DNA of 58,793 nucleotides from NCBI GenBank assembly GCA_003241595.1, contig QFOU01000002.1, positions 1 to 58,793 on the forward strand, written 5' to 3'. The DNA is from Pseudomonas fluorescens (GTDB lineage Bacteria; Pseudomonadota; Alphaproteobacteria; UBA2136; UBA6156). The notes under the pieces were generated by a model. It did not search any database. It was not told the origin of the DNA and worked only from the letters and a program-made list of their open reading frames with translations. The position numbers were made by a program, and so were the translations under genes. This document shows, one piece after another, positions 37,202-47,374 of the stretch (its first letter is position 1; every line of letters starts with the position of its first letter).

Positions 37202-37447
37202 ATGGTTGATGCATGTGGCGCATCGAAGACCGACGAACTGCGGCGACTTGTTGCCGAACACTTCAAGGCTGACACTCTGGCGTTGAAGCCTGAGACTCGT
37301 TTCATCGAAGACCTTTCGGCCGACGACGTCGATCTGAGCGAGCTTCGTTTGCATGTTGAAGACCAGTTGAATATCGATCTGCCGCATCTGGACGCAATCC
37401 AGACCTACGGCGAACTTGAAGATATTGTAACCAAGGCTTCAGCCTAA
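37202..37447 (+). CDS. Acyl-carrier-protein-like protein lacking the phosphopantetheine serine
   Basis: GGGAGG SD. FIEDLSADDVDLSELRLHVEDQL aligns with the ACP motif F-x-x-DLGADSLD-x-VEL, but with Asp in place of the modified Ser. Confidence 0.6.
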   Translation: MVDACGASKTDELRRLVAEHFKADTLALKPETRFIEDLSADDVDLSELRLHVEDQLNIDLPHLDAIQTYGELEDIVTKASA

Positions 37448-37474
37448 CCCCCTACCCTTGTGAAGGAGAGTCGC

Positions 37475-38326
37475 ATGACTGTAATTGCATCTCGTGAAGT
37501 GGCAGTGGTTTCGGGTGTATTGAATAAACACTCGATTGCCTATCACATTGCCAAAGCTATGGAAAATGACGGCATCAAGGTGGTGTACCTTGTACAGGAC
37601 ACCTTTATCGACCGCGTCAAGGAGAAGCGTATTCTCCCTGACGATGCTGATATTGTGCCGTACGATGCAACCAACTCGGACCTTGTGAAACAGGGCTCGG
37701 ACTACATCGCCCGCACATATGGTGCGATCGACTATCTGGTGCATGCTGTGGCGTTTTCCGACAAGGCACAGCTGGAAGGGTCGTTCCTCAAGCTGACCAA
37801 GGAAAATTTCATCAATACCATGGTAATCTCGACCTTCTCGTTCGTGGAGATGTGCGATGCTTATCAGGATATCCTTGCCGATAATGCCAGCGTTGCCACG
37901 CTGACGTTTTTGGGAAGTCAGTACGTGGCGGCCAACTATGGCCCGATGGGCATCGCCAAAGCCGCGCTTGAATCGGCTGTGCGCTACGCAGCACAGGACT
38001 TGGGCCCACGTGGTATTCGTGTGAATGCCATTGCACCCGGGCCGGTGAAGACATTGGCAGCTTCCGGCATCGGTGAGTTTGACCTGTCGTTGTATATGGG
38101 CGCGCTGCGCTCGGCGACCGGCAAGAACGCAACGGCGGAACAAGTGGGACGCACTACTTTGAAGCTAATGCAATGTGAAGGCGTTACAGGCGATGTTCTC
38201 TCGGTTGACAATGGTACCAAGCTGGCGGGTATGGGAACGTCTCCGGGCGAAAAGAGGGCGATTGCTACTGCTCGCGAACTGGAACGCGCTGAGGCCAAGG
38301 CTGCGAAGCAAGCCAAGGCCGACTAA
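37475..38326 (+). CDS. fabI: Enoyl-[ACP] reductase (NADH) FabI with Ala/Lys-rich C-terminal tail
   Basis: VVSGVLNKHSIAYHIAKAM and Y-x6-K (YGPMGIAKAALES). GAAGGAGAG SD. Confidence 0.85.
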   Translation: MTVIASREVAVVSGVLNKHSIAYHIAKAMENDGIKVVYLVQDTFIDRVKEKRILPDDADIVPYDATNSDLVKQGSDYIARTYGAIDYLVHAVAFSDKAQLEGSFLKLTKENFINTMVISTFSFVEMCDAYQDILADNASVATLTFLGSQYVAANYGPMGIAKAALESAVRYAAQDLGPRGIRVNAIAPGPVKTLAASGIGEFDLSLYMGALRSATGKNATAEQVGRTTLKLMQCEGVTGDVLSVDNGTKLAGMGTSPGEKRAIATARELERAEAKAAKQAKAD

Positions 38327-38335
38327 CGGCTAACC

Positions 38336-38377
38336 GTGGCGGGAGAGGATTAAAGTCCTCTCCCGCCACAGTTTTTT
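38336..38377 (+). terminator. Strong intrinsic terminator after fabI
   Basis: A 14-bp stem GTGGCGGGAGAGGAttaaagTCCTCTCCCGCCAC followed by agtttttt. Confidence 0.85.
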
Positions 38378-38479
38378 GTTGTGGTGAAAGCGCTTGTATT
38401 GTGGGGCGGGGTGGCTTATACCGCCCAAGTCGATTTTGTATATCGTTTCGCACATTCTTTTGGTCAGGAGGCAAGACCC

Positions 38480-39133
38480 ATGAATGCGAACACTTCTACC
38501 CTTACTCCCGCAGCTGGCGCTGCGACACAGCTGACAGCGGTTGCACTATGCCGGCTTAAAGATGGTGTACCGGTTCGGGTTTTTGAACCGGAAACCTCGA
38601 CACCCCGTTATGTTCAGCGCCGTAACTGGCGAAACGACTTGGAATGGCACACCGTACACGCGGGTTTCACCTTGCCCTTCCAACTGGACAGCATGGTGGT
38701 AGACGTTGTGCGCGTTCAGCCTGCCGCAGAGGCCTTTGACCGCATGGTTAGGGCCCGAGGGAAGCTGGGTATCGCCCAAGATACGCTGACCTTACGTGCG
38801 CCGGTGATTACACCGATGGATGCGAAATCCAGCGGCATGGCGGTGGATGACCTGCCGCAGACTTTGGACGTGCCAGTTACTCTTATTGCTCCGAAGACTC
38901 GGCTTGCCGATTTGCTGGAGCAATTGGACGACCTGATGACAGCACATGTAGCCCGCGCGACCTTTTTGGCCGCGTGGCACACGGCACAGCGGCGCGGCCT
39001 CAAGCAACCCCTGCCCGGCATGGAAGTGCGGGGCTGGATATTGCCGCACTACGACGGGATGGTGCTGTTTGACGATAGCATGATCAAGAAAATACGGGAC
39101 ATTTTCAAACTGGAGGAGGCTTTACCTGCATGA
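38480..39133 (+). CDS. Hypothetical 217-aa protein
   Basis: CAGGAGG SD. The stop overlaps the next start (ATGA). Confidence 0.5.
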   Translation: MNANTSTLTPAAGAATQLTAVALCRLKDGVPVRVFEPETSTPRYVQRRNWRNDLEWHTVHAGFTLPFQLDSMVVDVVRVQPAAEAFDRMVRARGKLGIAQDTLTLRAPVITPMDAKSSGMAVDDLPQTLDVPVTLIAPKTRLADLLEQLDDLMTAHVARATFLAAWHTAQRRGLKQPLPGMEVRGWILPHYDGMVLFDDSMIKKIRDIFKLEEALPA

Positions 39134-39504
39134 CGGCAACAGCAATGGTGAACAAGGATGACCCGGACAGCGTTACCGAAGTGTACGCCCCCGACAAGAC
39201 TGCGACGGACTTGCCATTTGGCACCGGCACATTTGAGGTGAAAACCACGTATCTGCCGATTCCGAAAGGGTTGACGGTCAAGGAGTATCAAGACCTTTTT
39301 GGTTCGAACCTCGTCAAGGTATGCACGGTGATCAACGGTACTATGACTTTGGAAACCGAAGCCAAGTTTCACTCTGTGAAGCAAGGTAAGGCGATTTTCA
39401 TACCGTGGGGCTCGGTCGGCAACGCCCGTAGATCCGCAGAATTTAGCCACTATGCCCGCAAGCATACCGTTTGCGTGAAGCTTGTGCCTGCACAGCCGGC
39501 TTGA
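39130..39504 (+). CDS. Hypothetical 124-aa protein, possibly cupin-like beta-barrel
   Basis: ATGA overlap with the upstream ORF. The segment GTMTLETEAKFHSVKQGKAIFIPWGS is cupin-like. Weak call. Confidence 0.5.
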   Translation: MTATAMVNKDDPDSVTEVYAPDKTATDLPFGTGTFEVKTTYLPIPKGLTVKEYQDLFGSNLVKVCTVINGTMTLETEAKFHSVKQGKAIFIPWGSVGNARRSAEFSHYARKHTVCVKLVPAQPA

Positions 39505-39514
39505 ATGCGAAATA

Positions 39515-39549
39515 CCCCTGGGAAAGAGATTTTTTCCCAGGGCTTTTTA
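39515..39549 (+). terminator. Intrinsic terminator
   Basis: CCCTGGGAAAgagatttTTTCCCAGGG followed by cttttt. Confidence 0.8.
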
Positions 39550-39650
39550 TTTGCAATGAATTACCCTATATCGGCGTTACGACTTTCGATTCACCCTTCC
39601 TCATTCCCCCTTAACTTACACGCCTGTTTGGCTTTTTGATGGAGACACAC

Positions 39651-40034
39651 ATGTTGCGAGCATGGTTGCGTTCTTTCCGGAATCGTACCGCGCCCACCTT
39701 TGTGGACGCCGCGACGACCGATCTGGTTGCTTCGCCCGAGTTGTTTATGGAGCTGATACGCGATGCCGAAGGTATTCGGGCCTATCCCCCTGCCATCGAA
39801 CTGATGCAGGTACTGAACGCGCGCAACTATGTTGGTCCACAGCACCGGCTTGCGCTTGAAGTGGCCACAAAGCAGTTGAATGGCCCGCTCACGAGATTCG
39901 CCATCGACGCCTACCGGTTTACGAATGGTGATGTTCTGTACTACGACAACGGCCGGTGGTGCTACGCACCCGATGAATCTGAACTGGGCCGCAAGCCCGC
40001 GGTGGCACCACTCGACGAACTCAAGTTGGTGTGA
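39651..40034 (+). CDS. Hypothetical 127-aa protein
   Basis: The ATG lies 5 nt after GGAGA. No family recognised. Confidence 0.5.
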   Translation: MLRAWLRSFRNRTAPTFVDAATTDLVASPELFMELIRDAEGIRAYPPAIELMQVLNARNYVGPQHRLALEVATKQLNGPLTRFAIDAYRFTNGDVLYYDNGRWCYAPDESELGRKPAVAPLDELKLV

Positions 40035-40055
40035 TGCACTGGCAGAACCGAATAT

Positions 40056-40094
40056 GAAAAAGCCCCGGAGAGAAATCTCCGGGGCTTTTTTTTT
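40056..40094. terminator. Bidirectional intrinsic terminator (also ends mdh)
   Basis: aaaaAGCCCCGGAGAgaaaTCTCCGGGGCTtttttttt. Confidence 0.85.
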
Positions 40095-40105
40095 GACCTG
40101 TGTGA

Positions 40106-41092
<987 letters not shown>

Positions 41093-41185
41093 CTAAACCT
41101 GTTTTCCGTGCTTTGGAATGGGCTTTTTATGGATAACGCAACGCACGCCTTGGGGTGGGCGGCAATTTTGCATAAGCAGGCGGGA

Positions 41186-42799
41186 CTAGGGGTTGAGGTC
41201 GATCACGGTTTTGTAGAGCTGGCCGGGCGTGAGATCGGTGCCGGCGGGGAGGTTGTTCATGGCGCGGAAGAGGTTTTCCTGCAAGGCTCCGACGGGGAGC
41301 TTGGCAGCGCGGTTGGCGACGGTTTCTCCTAGCGCTGCCGTGAAGGTATGGATTTGCAGCGGCTTGTATTTGAGGGCCTGGGTTTTGGTGAGGAATTGCA
41401 CGTTGCGCAGGATGGACATGAGGTTGCCATCTTCACGCGCCATCACCTCTTCATTCGGGTAGACCAGCTTCAGGACGAGCATTTGGTTGACGGCGGCGGG
41501 GGCGGCAAAGGCGAAGAAGCGCGCGCGTTTGTCGTCGAACATTTTACGTGTGACGGTGGTGTAGCCGATGGTAGTGGGGGTGAGGCTTTCGGTCTCCAGC
41601 CCGTTGAGCGAGTGCTGGTTGAGCGCCTCTTCGACTTGTTCATCCGTGGTGCTGGAAGGGAGCAGCTTGCCGGTACCGACTTGCACGCGCTGAACATCCT
41701 TGGCGGCATTGGGCAGAATGGTTTTAAGAAGTGTGCCGGGGTTTTTACCGGCGGGGATCTTCACGACATCCACCTTAACATACGCGCCGCTTTGCGGGTG
41801 GCCGATGAGCCATGTGCCGAAGGTATCCGGCACGCCGCTGCCGACGAAGTTGACGGTAACGCCTTCGGGCAGCGGGATAACGACGCGCTGGGCGGGCAGC
41901 ACCAATTCCGATTTACGGGCGATGCCATTACGGCGCGCGGGGCCGAAGACCATGCCTTCTATTGCCGCCATATAGCGGCGGCGACCGGCATCGTCTTCCG
42001 GCTTGAGTACCGGTGGTTCGCCTTTGAGAGCGATGGCAGCGGCGAGGCGATCGGACGTGGCGGGGTGGCTGGAATTGAGTTTACTGAGCAGCGAGGTGGG
42101 TGCGATCTCACCATTGTTAAACGCGGCGTTTTGTTGCGCGCGATACTCGCCGAAACCTTTCATGGCGCGTACGACGTTGACCATTTCACGCGGGTCGTAG
42201 CCTGCTTTTTCGAGATAGCGCTGGCCGAGGGCATCGGCCTCGGTTTCTTGCGAGCGGCCATAGGCACTGATGGCGATGCCACTGGCCACCCCTGCGCCCG
42301 AGATCGCGGCTTGCGTGGCGAGGTCATCCTGCGTGGTGGCGGCCACGGCGACAGCGGCGCTGGTGGCGAGAATCGAGGCGACTTTGGCTTTGGTGTGGGC
42401 ATTGGCAATATGGCGGCCGGTAAGGTGGCCGGACTCGTGGCCCAAGACGCCTGCGAGTTCGGCTTCCGAGCTAAGATACGCCAGCAGCCCCCGGTTGACG
42501 AACATGTAGCCGGGAGTGGCGTAGGCGTTGAAAACATCGCTATCCACCACATTGCATTGCACGGGTTCGGCGGCCGCCTCGGTGACCGCATACATGCGAT
42601 TGCAGAGGTCGAGCACATAGCGGGTGGTTTCTGACGCTGGTCGGTAAAGGCCATCGGTTTTAAGCGCGAAGCTGGCGGCGGATTCGCCGATGGCGCGTTC
42701 TTCTGATTTGCTGACGAGGCTGAAGTTATAGCCACCGGTGGCAGGGTTGGCGGTACAGGCGGATATCAGGGTGAGGAACAGCAGGGAGAGCTTTTTCAT
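41186..42799 (-). CDS. M48-family zinc metallopeptidase lipoprotein
   Basis: Lipobox LTLISAC and HExxH (GHESGHLTGRH). The ATG at 42799 is preferred because the GTG at 42826 sits inside the upstream terminator hairpin. Confidence 0.8.
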   Translation of the reverse strand: MKKLSLLFLTLISACTANPATGGYNFSLVSKSEERAIGESAASFALKTDGLYRPASETTRYVLDLCNRMYAVTEAAAEPVQCNVVDSDVFNAYATPGYMFVNRGLLAYLSSEAELAGVLGHESGHLTGRHIANAHTKAKVASILATSAAVAVAATTQDDLATQAAISGAGVASGIAISAYGRSQETEADALGQRYLEKAGYDPREMVNVVRAMKGFGEYRAQQNAAFNNGEIAPTSLLSKLNSSHPATSDRLAAAIALKGEPPVLKPEDDAGRRRYMAAIEGMVFGPARRNGIARKSELVLPAQRVVIPLPEGVTVNFVGSGVPDTFGTWLIGHPQSGAYVKVDVVKIPAGKNPGTLLKTILPNAAKDVQRVQVGTGKLLPSSTTDEQVEEALNQHSLNGLETESLTPTTIGYTTVTRKMFDDKRARFFAFAAPAAVNQMLVLKLVYPNEEVMAREDGNLMSILRNVQFLTKTQALKYKPLQIHTFTAALGETVANRAAKLPVGALQENLFRAMNNLPAGTDLTPGQLYKTVIDLNP

Positions 42800-42813
42800 T
42801 TCGCCACGATATC

Positions 42814-42842
42814 TAAAAAAATACACCGGCGCGAGGCCGGTG
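42814..42842 (-). terminator. Intrinsic terminator of the CCG-domain gene
   Basis: Minus strand reads CACCGGCctcgcGCCGGTG followed by TATTTTTTT. Confidence 0.65.
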
Positions 42843-42863
42843 CGTTGCGATTAAGCGCTGCAA

Positions 42864-43793
42864 TTACAACGCGACGTTGTGCGCCTTGAAGGCTTCGGTC
42901 GGATCGATATTCAGGCGGTTAAAGCCGAGTGTTTTCTTATCCAGACCAAAGGCCGCACCGACCAATTGGGCGATGTTCATTTCGGGCAGGTCGATTTTGG
43001 TGCCCATGGCTTTTTCGGAGCGGGCCTGGTAGGCGCCCAAAGCGAAGTCGCACAGGGTGCAAGGGCTGACCATGATCTCGGCGCCCGCTTGTTTGGCTTG
43101 CAGGGAGTGGCCGCCGGACATTTTGAGGAAGTCCTTCTCGTTGGCCAGCATGTAGTGGAAGCCGCAGCATTTATCCTTACCGAAGTAGTCTACGCTGTCG
43201 CCTCCCAAGGTGGCGATCAGGGACTCGAGGTAGCGCGGGCCGTTGATGGTACCGCCGCGGCCCTCAAACACCTCATTCGGGCGCATGGCGTGGCAGCCGT
43301 AGAACGGGGCGACGCGCAGGCCGTTGAGGGGGTTCTTGAGGTGAGATTTGAGACGCTCTTCGCCGATGTCATCGACCAGCACCCAGATGAGGTGTTTAAC
43401 GTCGATAGTACCGCCGTAGGGGCGAACGCCAGCTTTGATAAGGACGGCGTTAATCTTTTCCAGCAGCTCCGGCTCGTTTTTAAAACGGTGGTTGGCGAAG
43501 CTGAAGGTTTGCAGGCAGGTGTTGCAGATGGTGACGATATCCATGCCCATTTCCTCGGCTTCGGAGAAAATACGGGCGTTGATGGCCAGAGCGGCGGCGA
43601 GATCGTGCTCCTGCAGGTTACCGGCGCCGCAGCAGGTGGCGGCAGGCATGTCGTGCAGGCCGATGTTGAGTTGCTCGGCGATGGCCTGGGCCGACCAGTC
43701 GGCTTCCTTTTGAATTTGTTTCGCCGCACAGCCCGGGTAGTAGGCATAGTTGAACTTATAGTCGGCTTTGTTCTTGGGCTTCATGTGGGCCAT
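42864..43793 (-). CDS. Two-CCG-domain Fe-S protein (HdrB / SdhE / GlpC-like)
   Basis: Two C-x31-CCG-x34-CxxC units (YYPGC...TCCGAG...CNTC and FYGC...KCCGFH...CTLC). Start at MAHMKPK. Confidence 0.75.
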   Translation of the reverse strand: MAHMKPKNKADYKFNYAYYPGCAAKQIQKEADWSAQAIAEQLNIGLHDMPAATCCGAGNLQEHDLAAALAINARIFSEAEEMGMDIVTICNTCLQTFSFANHRFKNEPELLEKINAVLIKAGVRPYGGTIDVKHLIWVLVDDIGEERLKSHLKNPLNGLRVAPFYGCHAMRPNEVFEGRGGTINGPRYLESLIATLGGDSVDYFGKDKCCGFHYMLANEKDFLKMSGGHSLQAKQAGAEIMVSPCTLCDFALGAYQARSEKAMGTKIDLPEMNIAQLVGAAFGLDKKTLGFNRLNIDPTEAFKAHNVAL

Positions 43794-44017
43794 GGAATGT
43801 GGAATCCTTATCTTCTTAACGACAACGGAAAGTTTGCGTGCGCCTAGTACTGGTTGGAGGGAATAATCTTCCCTTCCGGTTGTTTGGGATGAACCCGTTG
43901 ACCACAGGCGGAAAGGCCGAACGCGAGGGCGGCGACCATGCAAAGCAGGAACGTTGTCTTCATACCCCTACTCTGCGTGGGATTGCAGGAATTGGTCAAG
44001 CGGGCTATGACGGTTGT

Positions 44018-45115
44018 ATGAGCAATTCGGCAAATAATCCTAATTTAGATGTGACAATTATGGCCACAGAAACGTCTGACACGCCTGCCACCACCCATGT
44101 GGCAGCAGATGTCGCTATCATTGGCGCCGGCCCGAGCGGTCTCTTCATGGTGTTTGAGGCGGGTTTTCTGGGCTACAAGGCCGTGGTGATGGATGCCCTG
44201 CCCCAGATTGGAGGCCAATTGGCGGCGCTTTACCCTGAAAAGCCCATTTATGACGTGCCGGGGCATCCGAGTATTCTGGCCGGTGAGCTGGTGGACAAGC
44301 TGGCGGCCCAATGTGCCCCGTACGAGCCGGTCTATCTGATGGGGCAGCCAGTGACCAACCTGACCGAAACGGAGGGCGTGTTCACCCTGACCTCGGCCAG
44401 CCATACCGTAACGACGCGCGCGGTGGTGATTGCCGGTGGTGGCGGGATGTTCACGCCTCGCAAACCTACCCAACTGGACAATCTGGCAGACTTTGAAGCC
44501 ACACACAGCGTGCGTTACGCCATTACCAAAAAGCATGAATTGGCCGGACAGAACGTGGTATTGGCCGGTGGTGGCGACAGTGCCGTGGATTGGGCAGTGG
44601 AGCTGGCACATATTGCGAACCATGTGCATGTCATTCACCGCCGCGCAGATTTCAGAGCCGCCGAAGCGACCGTGGCTGAGATGAAGGCCTTGGTGGCAGA
44701 GGGTAAAATCACGCTGCACACGCCGACGCAACTGCATCGCCTTGAGGGCGAGAATAGTCGGTTGAGCCACGTGGTTATTGCCGATCTGGATGGCCAAGAG
44801 ACCATGCTTGAGGCCACCCAACTGGTATGCTGCTTTGGCTTGGCACCGAATGTCGGCCCCATGGCGGAGTGGGGCCTGGGGTTGGAACGCGGTATTGTAC
44901 CCGTTGACCGCGCCACCATGATGACCAACCGTCGCGGACTGTTGTGCATCGGCGACATGGCCGGATATGAAGGTAAGGTGGCGCTGATCCTCACCGGATT
45001 CGCGGAAGCCGCCGTAGCCGCCAAAACCGTACAGGCATTACTCAACCCCGAGCGCAAGTTCAGAGTGCAATACAGCACCAGCAAGGGTGTTCCCGGTACG
45101 CCGGGGGTAGCGTAA
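44018..45115 (+). CDS. Thioredoxin-reductase-like ferredoxin-NADP+ reductase
   Basis: DVAIIGAGPSGLF, LPQIGGQLAALYPEKPIYDVPG and GGGDSAVDWA. The start could be 44018 or 44060. Confidence 0.8.
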   Translation: MSNSANNPNLDVTIMATETSDTPATTHVAADVAIIGAGPSGLFMVFEAGFLGYKAVVMDALPQIGGQLAALYPEKPIYDVPGHPSILAGELVDKLAAQCAPYEPVYLMGQPVTNLTETEGVFTLTSASHTVTTRAVVIAGGGGMFTPRKPTQLDNLADFEATHSVRYAITKKHELAGQNVVLAGGGDSAVDWAVELAHIANHVHVIHRRADFRAAEATVAEMKALVAEGKITLHTPTQLHRLEGENSRLSHVVIADLDGQETMLEATQLVCCFGLAPNVGPMAEWGLGLERGIVPVDRATMMTNRRGLLCIGDMAGYEGKVALILTGFAEAAVAAKTVQALLNPERKFRVQYSTSKGVPGTPGVA

Positions 45116-45142
45116 GCGCCAACTCCGCCCTATATTATTCGC

Positions 45143-45694
45143 ATGAGAATGTTTGCATCCCCCCGCGGACTGGTTTTGTGCACCCTTGCCATGGTGCTGA
45201 TGGCGTTGCCTGTTCTAGCAGAACAAGTCTCGGCCCCCGGAACCTCGGACGGTGCACTCAGTAAAGCGCTGGCAACCAACCTGTACTGCTCGGTGTACTC
45301 GTTGATGGGTGGCAACCTGGGTATCATTCTGGGTTTGATCCTTGTCTTCCTTGGCTTGTGGGCCATGATCCAAGGTGCCAAGCCGATTGCGGTCATTCCG
45401 TTGATCATCGTGGGCGCATTGATGACCGCCCTGCCCAGCCTGATTGAATCCAGCCTTGAGGGGTTGGCCACTCTCTTTAAAGAGGCTGGAATTACAAAAG
45501 AGGTCAATTACCGTAGCAAATTTAAACAATTGGGCTGCGGCAGTAGCAACCATACTAGCACCAATCTGACCGATGCCGAAATGGAAGCACGTTACCGCAA
45601 CAACATGGGTGAGCCTTACCCGAGCCGCGGCAGCTACGAGAACATCAACTCATTCGGTGGCAACCAGATCGACTTCAGCTCGGGTTCCATCTAA
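45143..45694 (+). CDS. VirB2/TrbC-like pilin-fold membrane protein with a C-terminal extension of about 70 aa (orphan)
   Basis: Signal peptide ending PVLAEQ. It is followed by two hydrophobic helices separated by MIQGAK, in a VirB2-like layout. Architecture match only. Confidence 0.45.
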   Translation: MRMFASPRGLVLCTLAMVLMALPVLAEQVSAPGTSDGALSKALATNLYCSVYSLMGGNLGIILGLILVFLGLWAMIQGAKPIAVIPLIIVGALMTALPSLIESSLEGLATLFKEAGITKEVNYRSKFKQLGCGSSNHTSTNLTDAEMEARYRNNMGEPYPSRGSYENINSFGGNQIDFSSGSI

Positions 45695-45700
45695 CGGCGC

Positions 45701-46264
45701 ATGAAACTTCTTGTTGGTCTAGGTAACCCCGGTGCCGCGTATGAAGATACGCGGCATAATGTTGGCTTCATGCTGGTGGACGCCGTGCGTCGCCGGTTTG
45801 ACATGCCGAACATGACCGCCAAATTCAAAGGACTGAGCTGCAAGGGTAAGGTGGGTGGTGAGGATGTGGTGCTGCTAATGCCGCAGACCTTCATGAACCT
45901 GAGCGGTGGCAGTGTGCAGGCCGCCGCGGCGTTCTATAAAATTGCGCCGGCGGATATCGTAGTTGTGCATGACGAGTTGGACCTGGCTTTGGGCGCGTTG
46001 CGCTGGAAGATCGGTGGCGGCGATGCGGGACACAATGGTTTGAAGAGCATTACCGCGACACTGGGAACGCCGAACTACGGGCGCATCCGGTTCGGGATCG
46101 ACCGCCCCGCGCACAAAGCACAGGTGAGCGACTACGTGTTGCATGCATTTGGTGCGGATGAAGTACCGGTGGTAGAAAAGCGACTTGGCCAGATGGCCGA
46201 TAAGATGCCTGAAATTCTGGGAAATCCTCAGGCGGAGCTTGCCAAACTCGGTGGAGTTGCGTAA
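45701..46264 (+). CDS. pth: Peptidyl-tRNA hydrolase
   Basis: [23 protein letters not shown]. Confidence 0.93.
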   Translation: MKLLVGLGNPGAAYEDTRHNVGFMLVDAVRRRFDMPNMTAKFKGLSCKGKVGGEDVVLLMPQTFMNLSGGSVQAAAAFYKIAPADIVVVHDELDLALGALRWKIGGGDAGHNGLKSITATLGTPNYGRIRFGIDRPAHKAQVSDYVLHAFGADEVPVVEKRLGQMADKMPEILGNPQAELAKLGGVA

Positions 46265-46274
46265 ACCCATTTCT

Positions 46275-47363
46275 ATGGGATTTTCTTGTGGAATTGTCGG
46301 GTTACCGAATGTTGGGAAGAGCACGCTCTTCAATGCTTTAACGCAGACCGCAGCCGCGCAGGCCGCGAACTTTCCGTTCTGCACCATTGAGCCGAATGTC
46401 GGCCGCGTGGCCGTGCCGGATGCGCGTTTGGACGCGCTGGCCGCAATTGTGAAGCCGAATAAAATTGTGCCGACCAGCCTTGAGTTTGTGGACATCGCCG
46501 GTTTGGTGGCAGGTGCCAGTAAGGGCGAAGGTTTGGGGAACCAATTTTTGGCCAACATCCGTGAGACCGAGGCCATCGCTCACGTTGTGCGCTGCTTTGA
46601 GGGTGAAGTGACCCACGTCTCCGGCAGCGTTGACCCGTTGCGCGATATTGACGTGATTGAGACCGAACTGATGCTGGCCGACATGGCGAGCGTGGAAAAG
46701 CGCATCGCCAACGTGGAGAAGAAGGCCAAGAACCAGGACAAAGCCTCGATTGAGGAAATGGCCATTCTAAAGCCCATCCTTGACGCGCTGCATGCCGGCA
46801 ACCCCGCACGCACCGTGCAGGGTGTGGACCGCAGCCACCCCATCTACAAATCCCTGCTGACCGGCAAGCCGGTGCTGTACGTAGCGAACGTAGGTGAAGA
46901 TGAGGCCGCCACCGGCAATGAATTGAGCCGCAAGGTTGAAGAATTTGCCAAAGCCAACGGTGCGAGCTGCGTGGTGATCGCGGCGGAAATTGAGAGCCAG
47001 ATCGCACAATTGGATGAGGAAGGCCGTACCGAATTCATGAGCGCCCTCGGCTTGGAAGAGCCTGCACTGAACAAGTTGATCCGTGCCGGTTATGAACTGC
47101 TGGGCCTGCTAACTTACTTTACGGCCGGTGTGCAGGAAGTACGTGCATGGACCGTGCGCAAGGGTGCATTAGCGCCAGAAGCTGCGGGTGTCATTCACAC
47201 CGACTTCATCAAGGGCTTCATTCGTGCCGAGACCATTGCCTATGACGACTTCATCGCCTGCAAGGGTGAGGCCGGTGCCAAGGAAGCCGGTAAGATGCGT
47301 GTGGAAGGCAAGGAATACCTTGTGAAGGACGGCGATCTGATGAACTTCCGGGTGAATGCGTAA
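46275..47363 (+). CDS. ychF: Ribosome-binding ATPase YchF
   Basis: [18 protein letters not shown] and a TGS-like C-terminus. Internal Met of the track ORF. Confidence 0.95.
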   Translation: MGFSCGIVGLPNVGKSTLFNALTQTAAAQAANFPFCTIEPNVGRVAVPDARLDALAAIVKPNKIVPTSLEFVDIAGLVAGASKGEGLGNQFLANIRETEAIAHVVRCFEGEVTHVSGSVDPLRDIDVIETELMLADMASVEKRIANVEKKAKNQDKASIEEMAILKPILDALHAGNPARTVQGVDRSHPIYKSLLTGKPVLYVANVGEDEAATGNELSRKVEEFAKANGASCVVIAAEIESQIAQLDEEGRTEFMSALGLEEPALNKLIRAGYELLGLLTYFTAGVQEVRAWTVRKGALAPEAAGVIHTDFIKGFIRAETIAYDDFIACKGEAGAKEAGKMRVEGKEYLVKDGDLMNFRVNA

Positions 47364-47374
47364 GAGCCATTTTT

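Noticed and set aside
39301-39310. GGTTCGAACC, considered as a tRNA T-arm.
   Set aside because: It lies inside a CDS. No acceptor, anticodon or D-arm complementarity is present around it.
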